Shown piece by piece: positions 1 to 11,830 of a stretch of 64,000 bases of DNA (its first letter is position 1; each line of letters opens with the position of its first letter). Source of the stretch: Podarcis bocagei (lineage: Eukaryota); the NCBI GenBank assembly GCA_964188305.1, contig OZ076887.1. One strand, 5' to 3'. A model generated the notes under the pieces. It was not told where the DNA came from. It made no database searches and saw only the letters and a program-made list of their open reading frames with translations. Both the position numbers and the translations under genes were made by a program.

Positions 1-69
1 ATGTTTGGCTCTCACTGCTTTATGTCACAACAGGGTTAGTTAAACAAGCTCAGGATCGTGGTACATGGT

Positions 70-260
70 TTCCCCCCTTCTCATCCACTTTATCCTCACA
101 ACAACCCTCTGAGGGAGATTAGGCTAGGAGATGCGGGCTGACCCAAGTCACAGCAATACCGTTAAATTACCATAAATGTGCTAGCAAGCTTCATAGCCCA
201 GGTGTGATGTGAACCCTCGTTTTCCATTTGTAATTATGGCATCTTACCCACTGCCCCACA
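70..260 (-). mobile_element. Old CORE-type SINE fragment (MIR/Squam3-like)
   Basis: tttatcctcacaacaaccct...gacccaagtcac...cttacccactgc resembles the CORE-SINE copies at 3435 and 6325. Confidence 0.55.
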
Positions 261-738
261 TTTGCTTTCAGGTCTAGATTCTTGAGCATAATAAGGGTGA
301 TTCTACGACTCTGCTTCTTAAGTGTGGCATTTCAACACTGCATGAAAGACCAAAACTCAGTACTGACAGCATTGCTACATTACTGAGAGAAAACTTCAGC
401 CACTCCACTATATTCCTTTATATTCCCTTTCTCCTACCTTCTTCCTCTGCATGCAGCAGCAAAGTAGATGCCAGGTGTAGTAAGATTATAGGTACTGGTA
501 ATAAGCCATTAACGGAACAAAGGAAGTGGATCTGTGCCAGTCTGCAAAGTAGTGGGCCCCTTCCCTCCATCCACTCGTAGTTAGAAAGACAAAGACCAGT
601 GTGGAGAGGAGAGTGGACTGATGTGAGCTAGAAACTAGAAGTGGAAAAGCAGCGAGAAAGAGAGTCGGGGGTTGGGGTGGGAAGAGATGCTTCACGTCTG
701 TTTGAATCCAAGGCTGTGGCTATGAGGGAACAAGATCC

Positions 739-2716
739 TAGAATCATAGAATCATAGAGTTGGAAGAGACCACAAGGGCCATCGAGTCCAACCCCCTGCC
801 AAGCAGGAAACACCATCAGAGCACTCCTGACATATGGTTGTCAAGCCTCTGCTTAAAGACCTCCAAAGTAGGAGACTCCACCACACTCCTTGGCAGCAAA
901 TTCCACTGTCGAACAGCTCTTACTGTCAGGAAGTTCTTCCTAATGTTTAGGTGGAATCTTCTTTCTTGTAGTTTGGATCCATTGCTCCGTGTCCGCTTCT
1001 CTGGAGCAGCAGAAAACAACCTTTCTCCCTCCTCTACGTGACATCCTTTTATATATTTGAACATGGCTATCATATCACCCCTTAACCTCCTCTTCTCCAG
1101 GCTAAACATGCCCAGCTCCCCTAGCTGTTCCTCATAAGGCATCGTTTCCAGGCCTTTGACCATTTTGGTTGCCCTCCTCTGGACACGTTCCAGTTTGTCA
1201 GTGTCCTTCTTGAACTGTGGTGCCCAGAACTGGACACAGTACTGCAGGTGAGGTCTGACCAGAGCAGAATACAGTGGCACTATTACTTCCCTTGATCTAG
1301 ATGCTATACTCCTATTGATGCAGCCCAGAATTGCATTGGCTTTTTTAGCTGCCGCGTCACACTGTTGGCTCATGTCAAGTTTGTGGTCAACCAAGACTTC
1401 TAGATCCTTTTCACATGTACTGCTCTCAAGCTAGGTGTCACCCATCTTGTATTTGTGCCTCTCATTTTTTTTGCCCAAGTGCAATACTTTATATTTCTCC
1501 CTGTTAAAATTCATCTTGTTTTTGCCCAGTTCTCTAATCTGTCAAGGTCGTTTTGAAGTGTGATCCTGTCCTCTGGGGTGTTAGCCACCCCTCCCAGTTT
1601 GGTGTCATCTGCAAATTTGATCAGGATGCCCTTGAGTCCATCATCCAAGTCGTTGATAAAGATGTTGAATAAGACCGGGCCCAAGACAGAACCCTGTGGC
1701 ACCCCACTAGTCACTCTTCTCCAGGATGAAGAGGAACCATTGATGAGCACCCTTTGGGTTCGGTCAGTCAGCCAGTTACAAATCCACTGAGTGGTAGCAT
1801 AGTCAAGACCACATTTTACCAGCTTCTTTACAAGAATATCATGGGGCACCTTGTCAGATGCCTTGCTGAAATCAAGGTAGGCTACATCCACTGTGTTCCC
1901 TTCATCTACCAGGCTTGTAATTCTGTCAAAAAACGAGATCAGGTTAGTCTGACATGACTTATTTTTCAGAAATCCATGCTGACTATTGGTGATCACAGCA
2001 TTCCTTTCTAGGTGCTCACAGACTGTTTGCTTAATGATCTGCTCCAGAATCTTCCCTGGTATTGATGTCAGACTGACTGGGCGGTAATTATTTGGGTCCT
2101 CTCTTTTCCCCTTTTTGAAAATAGGGACAACATTTGCCCTCCTCCAGTCTGCCGGAACTTCGCCTGTTCTCCAGGAATTCTCAAAGATGACTGCCAGTGG
2201 TTCTGAGATCACATCTGCCAGTTCTTTTAATACTCTTGGATGCAGTTCATCTGGCCCTGGAGACTTGAATACATCTAAACTAGCCAAGTATTCTTGTACT
2301 ATCTCCTTAGTTATTCTGGGCTGTGTTTCCTTTGCTGAATCATTTGCTCCAAATTCTTCAGGTCGGGCATTGTTTTCTTTATCGGAGAAGACTGAGGCAA
2401 AGAAGGCATTGAGGAGTTCAGCCCTTTCTGTGTCCCCTGTTTGCATTTCACCATCTTCTCCTCTGAGTGACCCCACTGTTTCTTTGTTCTTCCTTTTGCT
2501 ACGGCCATACCCATAAAAGCCTTTTTTGTTGCTTTTAACCTCTCTAGCAAGCCTGAGTTCATTCTGTGCTTTAGCTTTTCTGACTTTGTGTCTACACGTG
2601 CTGGCTATTTGTTTGAATTCCTCTTTGGTGGTTTCCCCCCTTTTCCATTTTTTGTACACATCCTTTTTTAATCTTAACTCAGTTAAAAGTTCTTTAGATA
2701 GCCACCCTGGCTTCTT
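739..2716 (-). mobile_element. CR1 LINE, 5'-truncated; ORF2 RT with one frameshift and one stop
   Basis: ORFs 1511-2659 and 816-1394 contain [52 protein letters not shown]; 3' (ATTCTATG)n tail; frameshift near 1520 and TAG near 1431. Confidence 0.95.
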
Positions 2717-3434
2717 CCTCTTGGGGTGTTAATGCTGTGAACCCGTCCATTGTAGGCTCAGGTTGTATATATGTGCAAATGAATCATATATCGCAAAGAC
2801 AACACAATCTCTTGCTGTCCCTCACTCCAAAGGAAACACAAACCTGAGTTAAGTGCCTGGAATCCCTGGAATCTTGCACCACTCAGAGACTGGGGTGGGG
2901 TGCAACCATAGGTACCAAGGGCACAAGGTGAGAGGGGTGCAGCCTTCATTCCCTCACCCCACTGCAACTGTCATGGAATTTTTAAGGGTATGAATGCCTC
3001 AGTTGCAATTCGGCAACCTCAAACAGTATTGATGTAGCAACCTACTATGCTGGCTGCCCTGTCAATCACTTGGAGACGGTCAACTCAAACTGCTTAGGGC
3101 TTTCAAAGGGTCAGAAGCAGGAATTTTATTTATTATGGAGTTCTGCTTAACCAAGGGGGGGGGGGAGTCCCCTTTCTGAAAACCAGATTCAGCTTTTCTG
3201 ATGTAAAAAAATAGCACACAGACTACTTGCCTGTTTAGCTCCTCTACCATGCCTTCTTGGAATGCAGCTACCAGGGAAAGAAGGTGGAAAGAGCCTTGGC
3301 TGAAAACGTGTCAGTGTAGATAGTACTAAGCCAGAGGGACTATTGGTAGGGTGTGGCATGTTCCTCATATAGAGGGCTTTGCCAGAGTCACAGACATCAC
3401 AGAGCTAGTTCTCCCATCTGTCCAGACTTAACAA

Positions 3435-3489
3435 AGAAGAAGAAGAAGAAGAAGAAGAAGAAGAAGAAGAAGAAGAAGAAGAAGAAGAA

Positions 3490-3523
<34 letters not shown>

Positions 3524-3754
3524 TTGGATTTGATATCCCGCCTTTCACTCCCTTTAAGGAGTCTCAAAGCGGCTAACATTCTCCTTTCCCTTCATCCCCC
3601 ACAACAAACCCTCTGTGAGTGGGGCTGAGAGACTTCAGAGAAGTGTGACTAGCCCAAGGTCACCCAGCAGCTGCATGTGGAGGAGCGGAGACGTGAACCC
3701 GGTTCCCCAGATTACGAGACTACCGCTCTTAACCACTACACCACACTGGCTCTC
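3435..3754 (-). mobile_element. tRNA-derived CORE SINE (Squam3-like) with compound (CTA)n(CTT)n tail
   Basis: tRNA-like head with A/B boxes (gtggtgtagtggttaagagc...ggttcac) on minus strand, CORE segment, microsatellite tail 3435-3522. Confidence 0.85.
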
Positions 3755-6324
3755 AACATATGGGTCTGGCCCAGGTTATATGGCTCTGCTTTTTGCTTTT
3801 AAAATGGTATCCTAAGGAATTGCTTAAAAAAATGTACAAACCATTTAAAAAAGAATCAGAGGTAATCTCACATCAGGGCAACATTCCAAAATTGGACTCA
3901 GATTCTTCATTAGTACCTCATGGAGCTTCATCTCCTTGACAGTATCTATCAGTACAGAGACTCCTTGGTAGCAGGTCACGCGACGGCAGTCATTTTAAAC
4001 AATTTAATCAAGGATAGATTTCTCTAGAGAGCACTAGATGTGTCTGCTACGTCTCACTTGAATTCCAAACACGTCTTACTCTAGGTACACAATAAAAAAA
4101 GTTGAAATGGTAAGGGAATCCACTGACATGGGAAAAGATGAAAGGCAAGGGAGGTATACAGTGCATATTGTCAAGTCTTTCAGCATTTTAAAGAACAGCA
4201 GGGCAGAGTCATGCTAAAGTATGATGATGACATTGAAATTTTGGTTTAAAAGGCTGCCCTGGCTAAAGTTCTAAGAAATATGAGAATGTTGCAAAGCACA
4301 CCTTTCTCTGAAATTCAATTGCTAAGAATTAAATCCATAATATTTTCTCTAAAGGTGCATGAAAAATAGTCTAGTATAGGTGTTTTAGGAGTAGGAGTTC
4401 CTGGCAAGGCTACGCCGTAGACAGCTGACAGAAGGGAGTCAGGGCGAAGGAATTAAATGAAGAATAAAAGCTGACAAACAGACCAAGAAGACCACTGTTT
4501 CTCAGGCAAAAATCTCAGTTCAAAATAGGCAAGACTACCTGACGCCTGAGAACATTTCACTGCACAGGAAGATGCTCCAGTGTGAAATTTTGGTGGCACT
4601 TCCCTATAGAACCAAAGGCTCAAGTCAGTCCCCCAGCAACAATGTCATCAGGTTCCACTATGGCTGGAAAGGGTCTGACCATTAAGAAAGCCCTCCTGAC
4701 TTCACGAGAGAATGTCCCAGAGGGAGAGGCCCAGGCAAAAAAGCAGCATGGTGCACCACTTCAGCAGCCACCCTCGCAGCATGAAATGGAAAAACGCCCC
4801 ACACATTTCTGCAACATCTTCTGGGAACCTTGCCATTTCATGCAGGGGAGGATGTTGCCTGCTCAAAAACAGGAATCAATTACCTTTTGTCCTTGGCAGT
4901 GCCACATCCCAAACTAGTTGTCTGAGAAGCAGTGTTACCCAGGAAAAAGAAGAAAGAGTGTGTGACACTCCACTCCTGATCCTGTAAACGCCACTCACAG
5001 CTGTGCTTAGGAAAAGACTGTAGGAGCAGATTGAAATAGCTGGCCAAGTTGGTTTTAGGCTGCAAGCTGACAGTGAGCCGTACCTGGCCTTCGGGGTAGA
5101 AAGCAAGGCTGTGCCTCAGAGGTCACAGCTGCAGACATAATTTTCCAGTCAACAGGCTACATTTCATTTCTTTGCTATAAAGTCAGGGGAACTGTGTTTC
5201 TTGCCTAGGATTTTATGGCCAACATCTAGAGCTCCAGTTAACAATGATATGTTAGGACAGAGAATAATCGACCATCATGTCTTTGTCATTCTACATGTTT
5301 TGTTTGTGTGTTTGAAATGTTGCATCGTTACTGAATGATTGATTGATTGATTGATTGATTGCATTCATGCATTGTCCCGATAGCTGACAACTGGGAGTTA
5401 TATGCATTCCTAATATAAGAAGAAATTAAATGGATACTGGATTGTGTTCCAATCATTCAGCCACAATCGATCAGAAATAACAGTGTAGTTCAATATACCA
5501 CACTGTATTCTATGGCAATTAAAGAGCCAAACAGCCCTTATTTCCAGTGTCTCTGTTAGGACTAGACTTCATAACCCAAGTCCAAGGCCCTGCAGTCCCC
5601 AAACAACCGGCAGAGGAGACAACAGTGGCAGATGATGGGGCCAAGTGGAGCAGGTGCCTTAGCAGCAGACACGTCGTTGCACAACATGCCCACCTAAATG
5701 AAAAAAGGGCTGCAGTTGTTGGGAAACGGATATGGAGAGCAGATGAGAGCAACCAGGGAGGTTGTGACAGGAGGAGAGGGCAGTAGGGACCTGGGAAGAA
5801 AGAAAACATAGGGCAGCAGTGGGGCGGCCAGGACATGTGAAGGCAAGGGGAGCAGCCAAGAGGCACTCTACCCAGAGTCCTGTCAAACCCGGCACTGCCA
5901 CTGCTCATCTCCCCTTTCTTCTCAGCCTTCATTCCCATCCTACATTAGCAGTTCCATTGTTATGCAAAACGCTGACAATTCAGGGGTTATTACAATGTAA
6001 GATTATGGTGAAAAATTAATTAGTAACACTACAGTAATAGCAATGCTAATTAAAACATTAAAAACCTTGCCCATAGCAATAATGTATGAATAATGGCATT
6101 GAGGCTTGTGCCTCATATCAAAGATGTCCTCGTTCTAATTAAAAATGTTATGTTTTCCCAATCCTACAAACCAGCCAAATCAACTACTTATTAGAAATCA
6201 GCCACTTGTAATTGTAATATTTACATCTCTAGACAGACATGACTTTAGTAAGCTTTCAAGAAATCTTCCTATGGAACAATGATCTCTACCTGGAAACTGT
6301 TTCCTACCGTGATTTTTAAAACTT

Positions 6325-6560
6325 TGTTTATTACATTTATATCCTGCCTTTCCTGCAAGGAGCTAAGTGGCATATATGATTGTCTTCCCCTCACATACCC
6401 CTAATTTTATCCTTACAACAACCCTGTGAGGTAGGTTAGGCTGAGAAACAGTGACTGGCCCAACATTACCCAGTGAGTTTCATCATATGAGTAGGAAGTT
6501 GAACCTGCACACACACACACCCCACTACAGTTATAGTTTGTAACCACTAGACCACACTGA
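6325..6560 (-). mobile_element. Old CORE-type SINE (MIR/Squam3-like)
   Basis: tttatccttacaacaaccctgtgaggtaggttaggctgaga...gactggcccaa...taaccactagaccacactg. Confidence 0.65.
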
Positions 6561-8126
6561 TAAAGTAGAGGGTGATCAGGTTTAAACCCAACTCATATAT
6601 TGGCACAATTTACTAGCTTATTTATCCCTTCTTCTCTCACCCACAGGTGCATATACTCTCTTCCCAAAATCTCAGACCAAAGCAAAACACATTGCTTAAC
6701 AGAGTTTCTGATGACCCAACTATTTCATTTTTAGCAATAAAGATTCTGGCAGGATTGTAAAACAGTCACGGGCAAGGGGAAATTGCCAAGAGACAACATA
6801 ATGTTCATTGACACTAGAGATTAAGTTATGTACCTCTGAAAATGCTAGATCAGATATTCAAAATTGCTCCAAAATTTCATGGAGAAAAACTAGTGGTATT
6901 AACTGGGCCATCCACATGAGAGGCAGGAGGGCTTCTCCACGATTGTAGCTAGCTGTATTTTCCACTGACCATTCTGGCCAGTAAGTGGATCGTATCTGCA
7001 GCCATAATATAATGATGTTCTGTGTTTAGTCCGGCAAACCCTATCACACTGCAGTACAGATGCCTCCTCTAAAATAATGTAAAGGCAGCCCCAAGATATG
7101 TTTGCTCCAGTTGTTCAATAGTTAATAAAACATTTGTTTTTAACCGACCTTTAAGAAGACAACATAATTTCACCGCGGGGAAGTGATTTATGAGTATTTT
7201 AATGTGGCTGTTTAATCTATTTATTTACTTTGTTTCTTTGTTATAAAAGGAGTCCAAGGCACAATATAAATGCTAGGCAGTAAAGAGAGGGAAAGGTATG
7301 CTTTGCTTGAAATCTATGTGCTGTGCCCTCCCCCGACCTGCTGTTATCATCATAAACAGTTGACTATCACAGGTAGTATCAGAGGCATGCTCAATTTACA
7401 TGTGGATGATCTTGAACCATTTGACGTAGGGAGTCTCATTAAAACAAAATTTCAAAATTTCTGCACTGCATGACACCAAACTAGGATTAAATTGCTTCAG
7501 AGCAGACAAGCTGAAACAGTAAATTTAAATGTACTGCTACAAATGTGTTTGATGAAGGAAAAGACAATAGCAATTGTGATAGATGAAGGCAAATTGAACT
7601 GTGCAACCCTTGAGAATTCCTTCCCAAGATATTTTCATGAATTTTTCCAAACTAAGCTTGCTTTGAAATAATAAATTGGCCAACTGTACCCCATTATCCT
7701 AAATCCCACCATTTATCATTGTGTGGATTTAATCAAAACCATTTGTTTACTTGCGTTAAGCCACCAGTTGCCCTCTCTCTTGAACTCTTTCCTGGTGAAG
7801 CTTGATCTTCAAAAGAATGGAAAAAAAGAGAATAGCCACTGATATATATGGATTGCTTCTTGCTTATCAAAAGATGAAATTAAGAGGTCCTGTAATTATA
7901 GCCTGGGAAAGCTTCCTAGGCCAAATAAATTCTGACAAAAGGAGATTGAAAAATAGGCTGCATTCATGGTCCAGGTCTAAAAGAGGGGTGGGGAATATAC
8001 AGTATTTTAAAAACAGTAGGCACTCACCAAGATGTGCTCTTAATATAAATTGCAATGATGTCAGTGTTTACAATCTACAGAGGGCAAGTACCTTCTCTCA
8101 TACCAAAGGGGAAATTTCCTTTGAAG

Positions 8127-8450
8127 TAAGGTAAAAATAAAGGACCCCTGGACAGATAAGTCCAGTCAAAGGTGACTATGGGGTGTGGTGCTCATCTCGC
8201 TTTTCAGGCCGAGGGAGTCGGCGTTTGTCTGCAGACAGCTTTCCAGGGCATGTGGCCAGCAGGACTAAATCGCTTCTAGCGCAACGGAGGACCGTGATGG
8301 AAGCTAGAGTGCACAAAAATACCATTCACCTTCCTACCACAGCAGTACCTATTTATCTACTTGCACTGGCGTGCTTTCAAATTGCTAGGTTGGCAGAAGT
8401 TGGGACAGAACAACAGGAGCTCACCCCATCGCGCGGCTCTGAACCACCCG
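8127..8450 (-). mobile_element. Sauria SINE (Squam1), 5'-truncated
   Basis: Diagnostic gtacctatttatctacttgcac and gagctcacccc segments shared with copies at 24985, 30667 and 37164; degenerate (ACCTTT)n tail. Confidence 0.9.
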
Positions 8451-8576
8451 CATCTTTTACCTTTACCTAAAGTAGTACTTGCTGCAACACAAACAGAAAC
8501 CTCCCTAGAAGAGCTGAAGGCCAGTAAAGAAGTATTTTAAATAATCTAATAAATAATGCTGCATTCTTCAGAACTA

Positions 8577-8839
8577 CCGTATTGGCCCAAATATAAACCG
8601 CACCCTAATATAAGCCGCACCTTTAAAATCCAAGGGGGAAAGAAAAAAAGACAATACCTGAATATAAGCTGCTCACTTAAAATTCCGCAGACACTCACAC
8701 CTGTTCCATTTTACCGTATGTCTGTTTCAGCAGCGATATCATAAAAGCCAATTTTTGTAAGGTCACAAATTTAAGCTACACTTAACTTTTCATGATTGGA
8801 ATTTGGAAAAAAGTAAGGATTATATTCAAGCCAATATGG
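8577..8839. mobile_element. Tc1/mariner-pogo superfamily MITE (CCGTATT termini)
   Basis: TA-ccgtattggcccaaatataa ... ttatattcaagccaatatgg-TA: imperfect TIRs with TA TSD. Confidence 0.75.
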
Positions 8840-10591
8840 TATTGCTTTATTCACATACAAATATATGTGGATTTAATAAAATAATTCATCAACCAATTAG
8901 AGGATAGTTTCTTTAATGAATTAACAACTCTAAAATTGCATTTTCTGAGCATTTCAGGATGTGAGTAGCTGGTACGGGGGCTCCACTGCTTTACAATAAA
9001 AATTTCAGGAGATCTAAACATGAATCACTCACAGCACATGAGGATTGGCCCTAGCATTCATATCAGAGAACTTTATTTCCACTCATCAACACATGCCAAC
9101 CAGATAGATTGGGAAACAGCTGAACTAGTTTATTGAGCTTCTGCAACAGACTCGGAAGTTTATTCTTGCAGTTACAATTTCACAGTCAGATAGGTTTGAA
9201 ATTATATCAGGAATAATTAGCAAAAGCTGCTCCGGACTGTGATAGCATAGCTGCTATATAAACAGGAAACCCACATAGCTCTACCTCACTAAGCACAATC
9301 CATATTTATCACTGACATGGACACAAATCTGCTACAGAAAAGCTAGACAGTATTACAGCAGAGATATTTCTCCCGAACTCAATTCCAGTTTCTGAATATA
9401 AACTCGTTTTCTTAAAAATACAATAATAATAATAAAGCATTGCTCACATTAACCATGAAAATGAAACTGAGAAAGCGGCAACAACTGCTCAAGCTCATAC
9501 TGAACTTGGGCCAAAATTCAGCTACATTCAGAATTCTGATATTTAAATCCCTGGATTTTAGGTTAAGTTAAAAAATGACAAAAAGCTAGGAGATAAAGGA
9601 GAGACGGATAGAACAAGGGATTTAAGCTGAGAAAAGACACAGCTGTCACAATTCACTAGAGAGAATGTTTTCCAGGATTGCTGTCTCCGTTTGTTTCCAA
9701 CAGAACTTCACAAGGCTTAATATAAATCTGGTTTTCAAAAGATGAAACAAAGCAAAATATAGCCCAGCATACAATGAGCAAGTATGGACTTAAGTAGGAG
9801 TTTTGTATATTTCTCAAACTTGATGACAAAAGAGGACATAGGTCATCATCATTTTTCTCCCAGAAATGAGAGCCTAAAATTGTACAAGGCATTTCTTCCA
9901 TTTATATGTTACTTAAAAAAAATATGCCAACAATATGTTTAGTGATAAATGTAGCTCAGAAGTACTTTGTGCCCTATACCAACTAGGTTTCATGTATGCT
10001 ACCTACTGATTTTTGCTGGGAGTGTCCATGATAACAGAGATTTGGGTGTTTGGGGAGGATCTAGACAATTTGGGTGTATGGCAGAATTTTAGATTTCAGG
10101 TGTTTCTCCAAGTGGCCTGCAAAACAGCCTCCTTTGGAATGAGCCTCAGCTCAGCTTGGAGCCTGTAGGATCTCTGAGGCAGGCTCCTGACTAACCCATA
10201 CCTGTGTGGTTGTTCACTGCCTTTGGATCACTGCCCAAAGTATGTAGTAATTTGGAGGTGACAGTGTTATTCCGACACAGGTGGTATAACAGTCTGAGAG
10301 TTTATCCATGAGCAGGGCCTACTATTGCTTCTGTTTAATCATAGCATTAGTGGTAAAAGTCTGGCTTTGCTCAGTCATTCTAACAAATAGAAAAAGGTGC
10401 ACTTTTGAAATCAATGGTTTTGAAAGGTTCAGTGTTGATTCAAAATGGCATCCAATTGTATCCAAACATGAACAAAATCCTGCTCCTTGGTTTCAGGAAC
10501 CAACATGCAAATTCTGGTTCAGATATCTTACATCTTGGTTAAAATCAATGCAGCTCTGAAAGGTTCAATCCACCATCATAATTCCAAATTA

Positions 10592-10920
10592 CAGTGGTGC
10601 CTCGCAAGACGAAAATAATCCGTTCCGCGAGTCTCTTCGTCTAGCGGTTTTTTCGTCTTGCGAAGCAACCCTATTAGCGGCTTAGTGGATTAGCGCTATT
10701 AGCGGCTATTAAAGGCTTAGCGGCTTAGCGGCTAAAAGGCTATTAGCGGCTTAGAAAAAGGGGGGAAGCGGGGGGGGGAATGGAACACTCACAAGACATT
10801 TTTGTCTTGCGAAGCAAGCCCATAGGGAAATTCATCTTGCGAAGCACCTCAAAAACGGAAAACCCTTTTGTCTAGTGGGTTTTTCGTCTTGCAAGGCATT
10901 CGTCTTGCGGGGCACCACTG
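10592..10920 (+). mobile_element. Tigger/pogo-like MITE, copy A
   Basis: TA-CAGTGGTGCCTCGCAAGACGAA ... TTCGTCTTGCGGGGCACCACTG-TA; internal (ttagcggc) repeats; strand is arbitrary. Confidence 0.9.
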
Positions 10921-10961
10921 TATGTCCAATTGTATTGTGGCACTCAGATCTGGACATAGTA

Positions 10962-11308
10962 CAGTGGTGCCCCGCAAGACGAATGCCTCGCAAGACGAAA
11001 AACCCGCTAGACGAAAGGGTTTTCCGTTTTTGAGGTGCTTCGCAAGACGATTTTCCCTATGGGCTTGCTTCGCAAGACGAAAACGTCTTGTGAGTGTTCC
11101 GATTCCCCCCCCCGCTTTCCCCCCTTTTTCTAAGCCGCTAAGCCGCTAATAGCCTTTTAGCCGCTAAGCCGCTAAGCCTTTAATAGCCGCTAAACCACTA
11201 ATAGCGCTAATCCGCTAAGCCGCTAATAGGGTTGCTTCGCAAGACGAAAAAACCGCTAGACGAAGAGATTTGCGGAATGGATTAATTTCGTCTTGCGAGG
11301 CACCACTG
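10962..11308 (-). mobile_element. Tigger/pogo-like MITE, copy B (inverted relative to A)
   Basis: Same TIRs and TA TSD; body is the approximate reverse complement of copy A. Confidence 0.9.
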
Positions 11309-11412
11309 TACTCCAGGTGTGGTCTGACCAAGGCAGAATAGTGTGGTATTATTACTTTCTTTGATGGGGACAGTATACCTCTACTGATGCAGCCTAGAAT
11401 AGCATTAGCTTT

Positions 11413-11830
11413 ATAATAATAATATAATAATAATTATTTATTATTTATACCCCGCCCATCTGGCTGAGTTTCCACAGCCACTCTGGGCGGCTTCCAATCA
11501 AGTGTTAAAAACAATACAGCATTAAATATTAAAAACTTCCCTAAACAGGGCTGCCTTCAGATGTCTTTTAAAAAGAAGATAGCTGCTTATTTCCTTCACA
11601 TCTGAAGGGAGGGTGTTCCACAGGGCGGGCGCCACTACCAAGAAGGCCCTCTGTCTGGTTCCCTGTAACCTCACTTCTCGCAATGAGGGAACCGCCAGAA
11701 GGCCCTCAGTGCTGGATCTCAGTGTCTGGGCTGAACGATGGGGGTGGAGACGCTCCTTCAGGTATACAGGGCCGAGGCCGTTTAGGGCTTTAAAGGTCAG
11801 CACCAACACTTTGAATTGTGCTCGGAAACA
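11413..11830 (-). mobile_element. L2-clade LINE 3' fragment
   Basis: FRAQFKVLVLTFKALNGLGPVYL...RAFLVVAPALWNTLP...FKRHLKAALF, 3' UTR and (TTA)n tail. Confidence 0.85.

Noticed and set aside
438-695. Exon-like minus-strand segment and ORF 486-695
   Set aside because: Does not match SMYD3 exon 6 (expected VICNSFTICN-like) or any protein I recognise.
3353-3628. Poly-K/S, poly-L/F, poly-Y and IY-repeat ORFs (also 19430-19624, 51575-51813)
   Set aside because: Translations of microsatellite tails.
4221-4311. C/D box snoRNA (ATGATGA...CTGA)
   Set aside because: Antisense to the host gene, no terminal stem and no recognisable guide.
4883-4982. Possible minus-strand exon
   Set aside because: Weak polypyrimidine tract and no recognisable product.
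5554-5944. Solo LTR-like GC-rich segment (also ~26420-26746 and ~55265-55600)
   Set aside because: TG...CA ends are suggestive, but no TSD or second copy supports the call.
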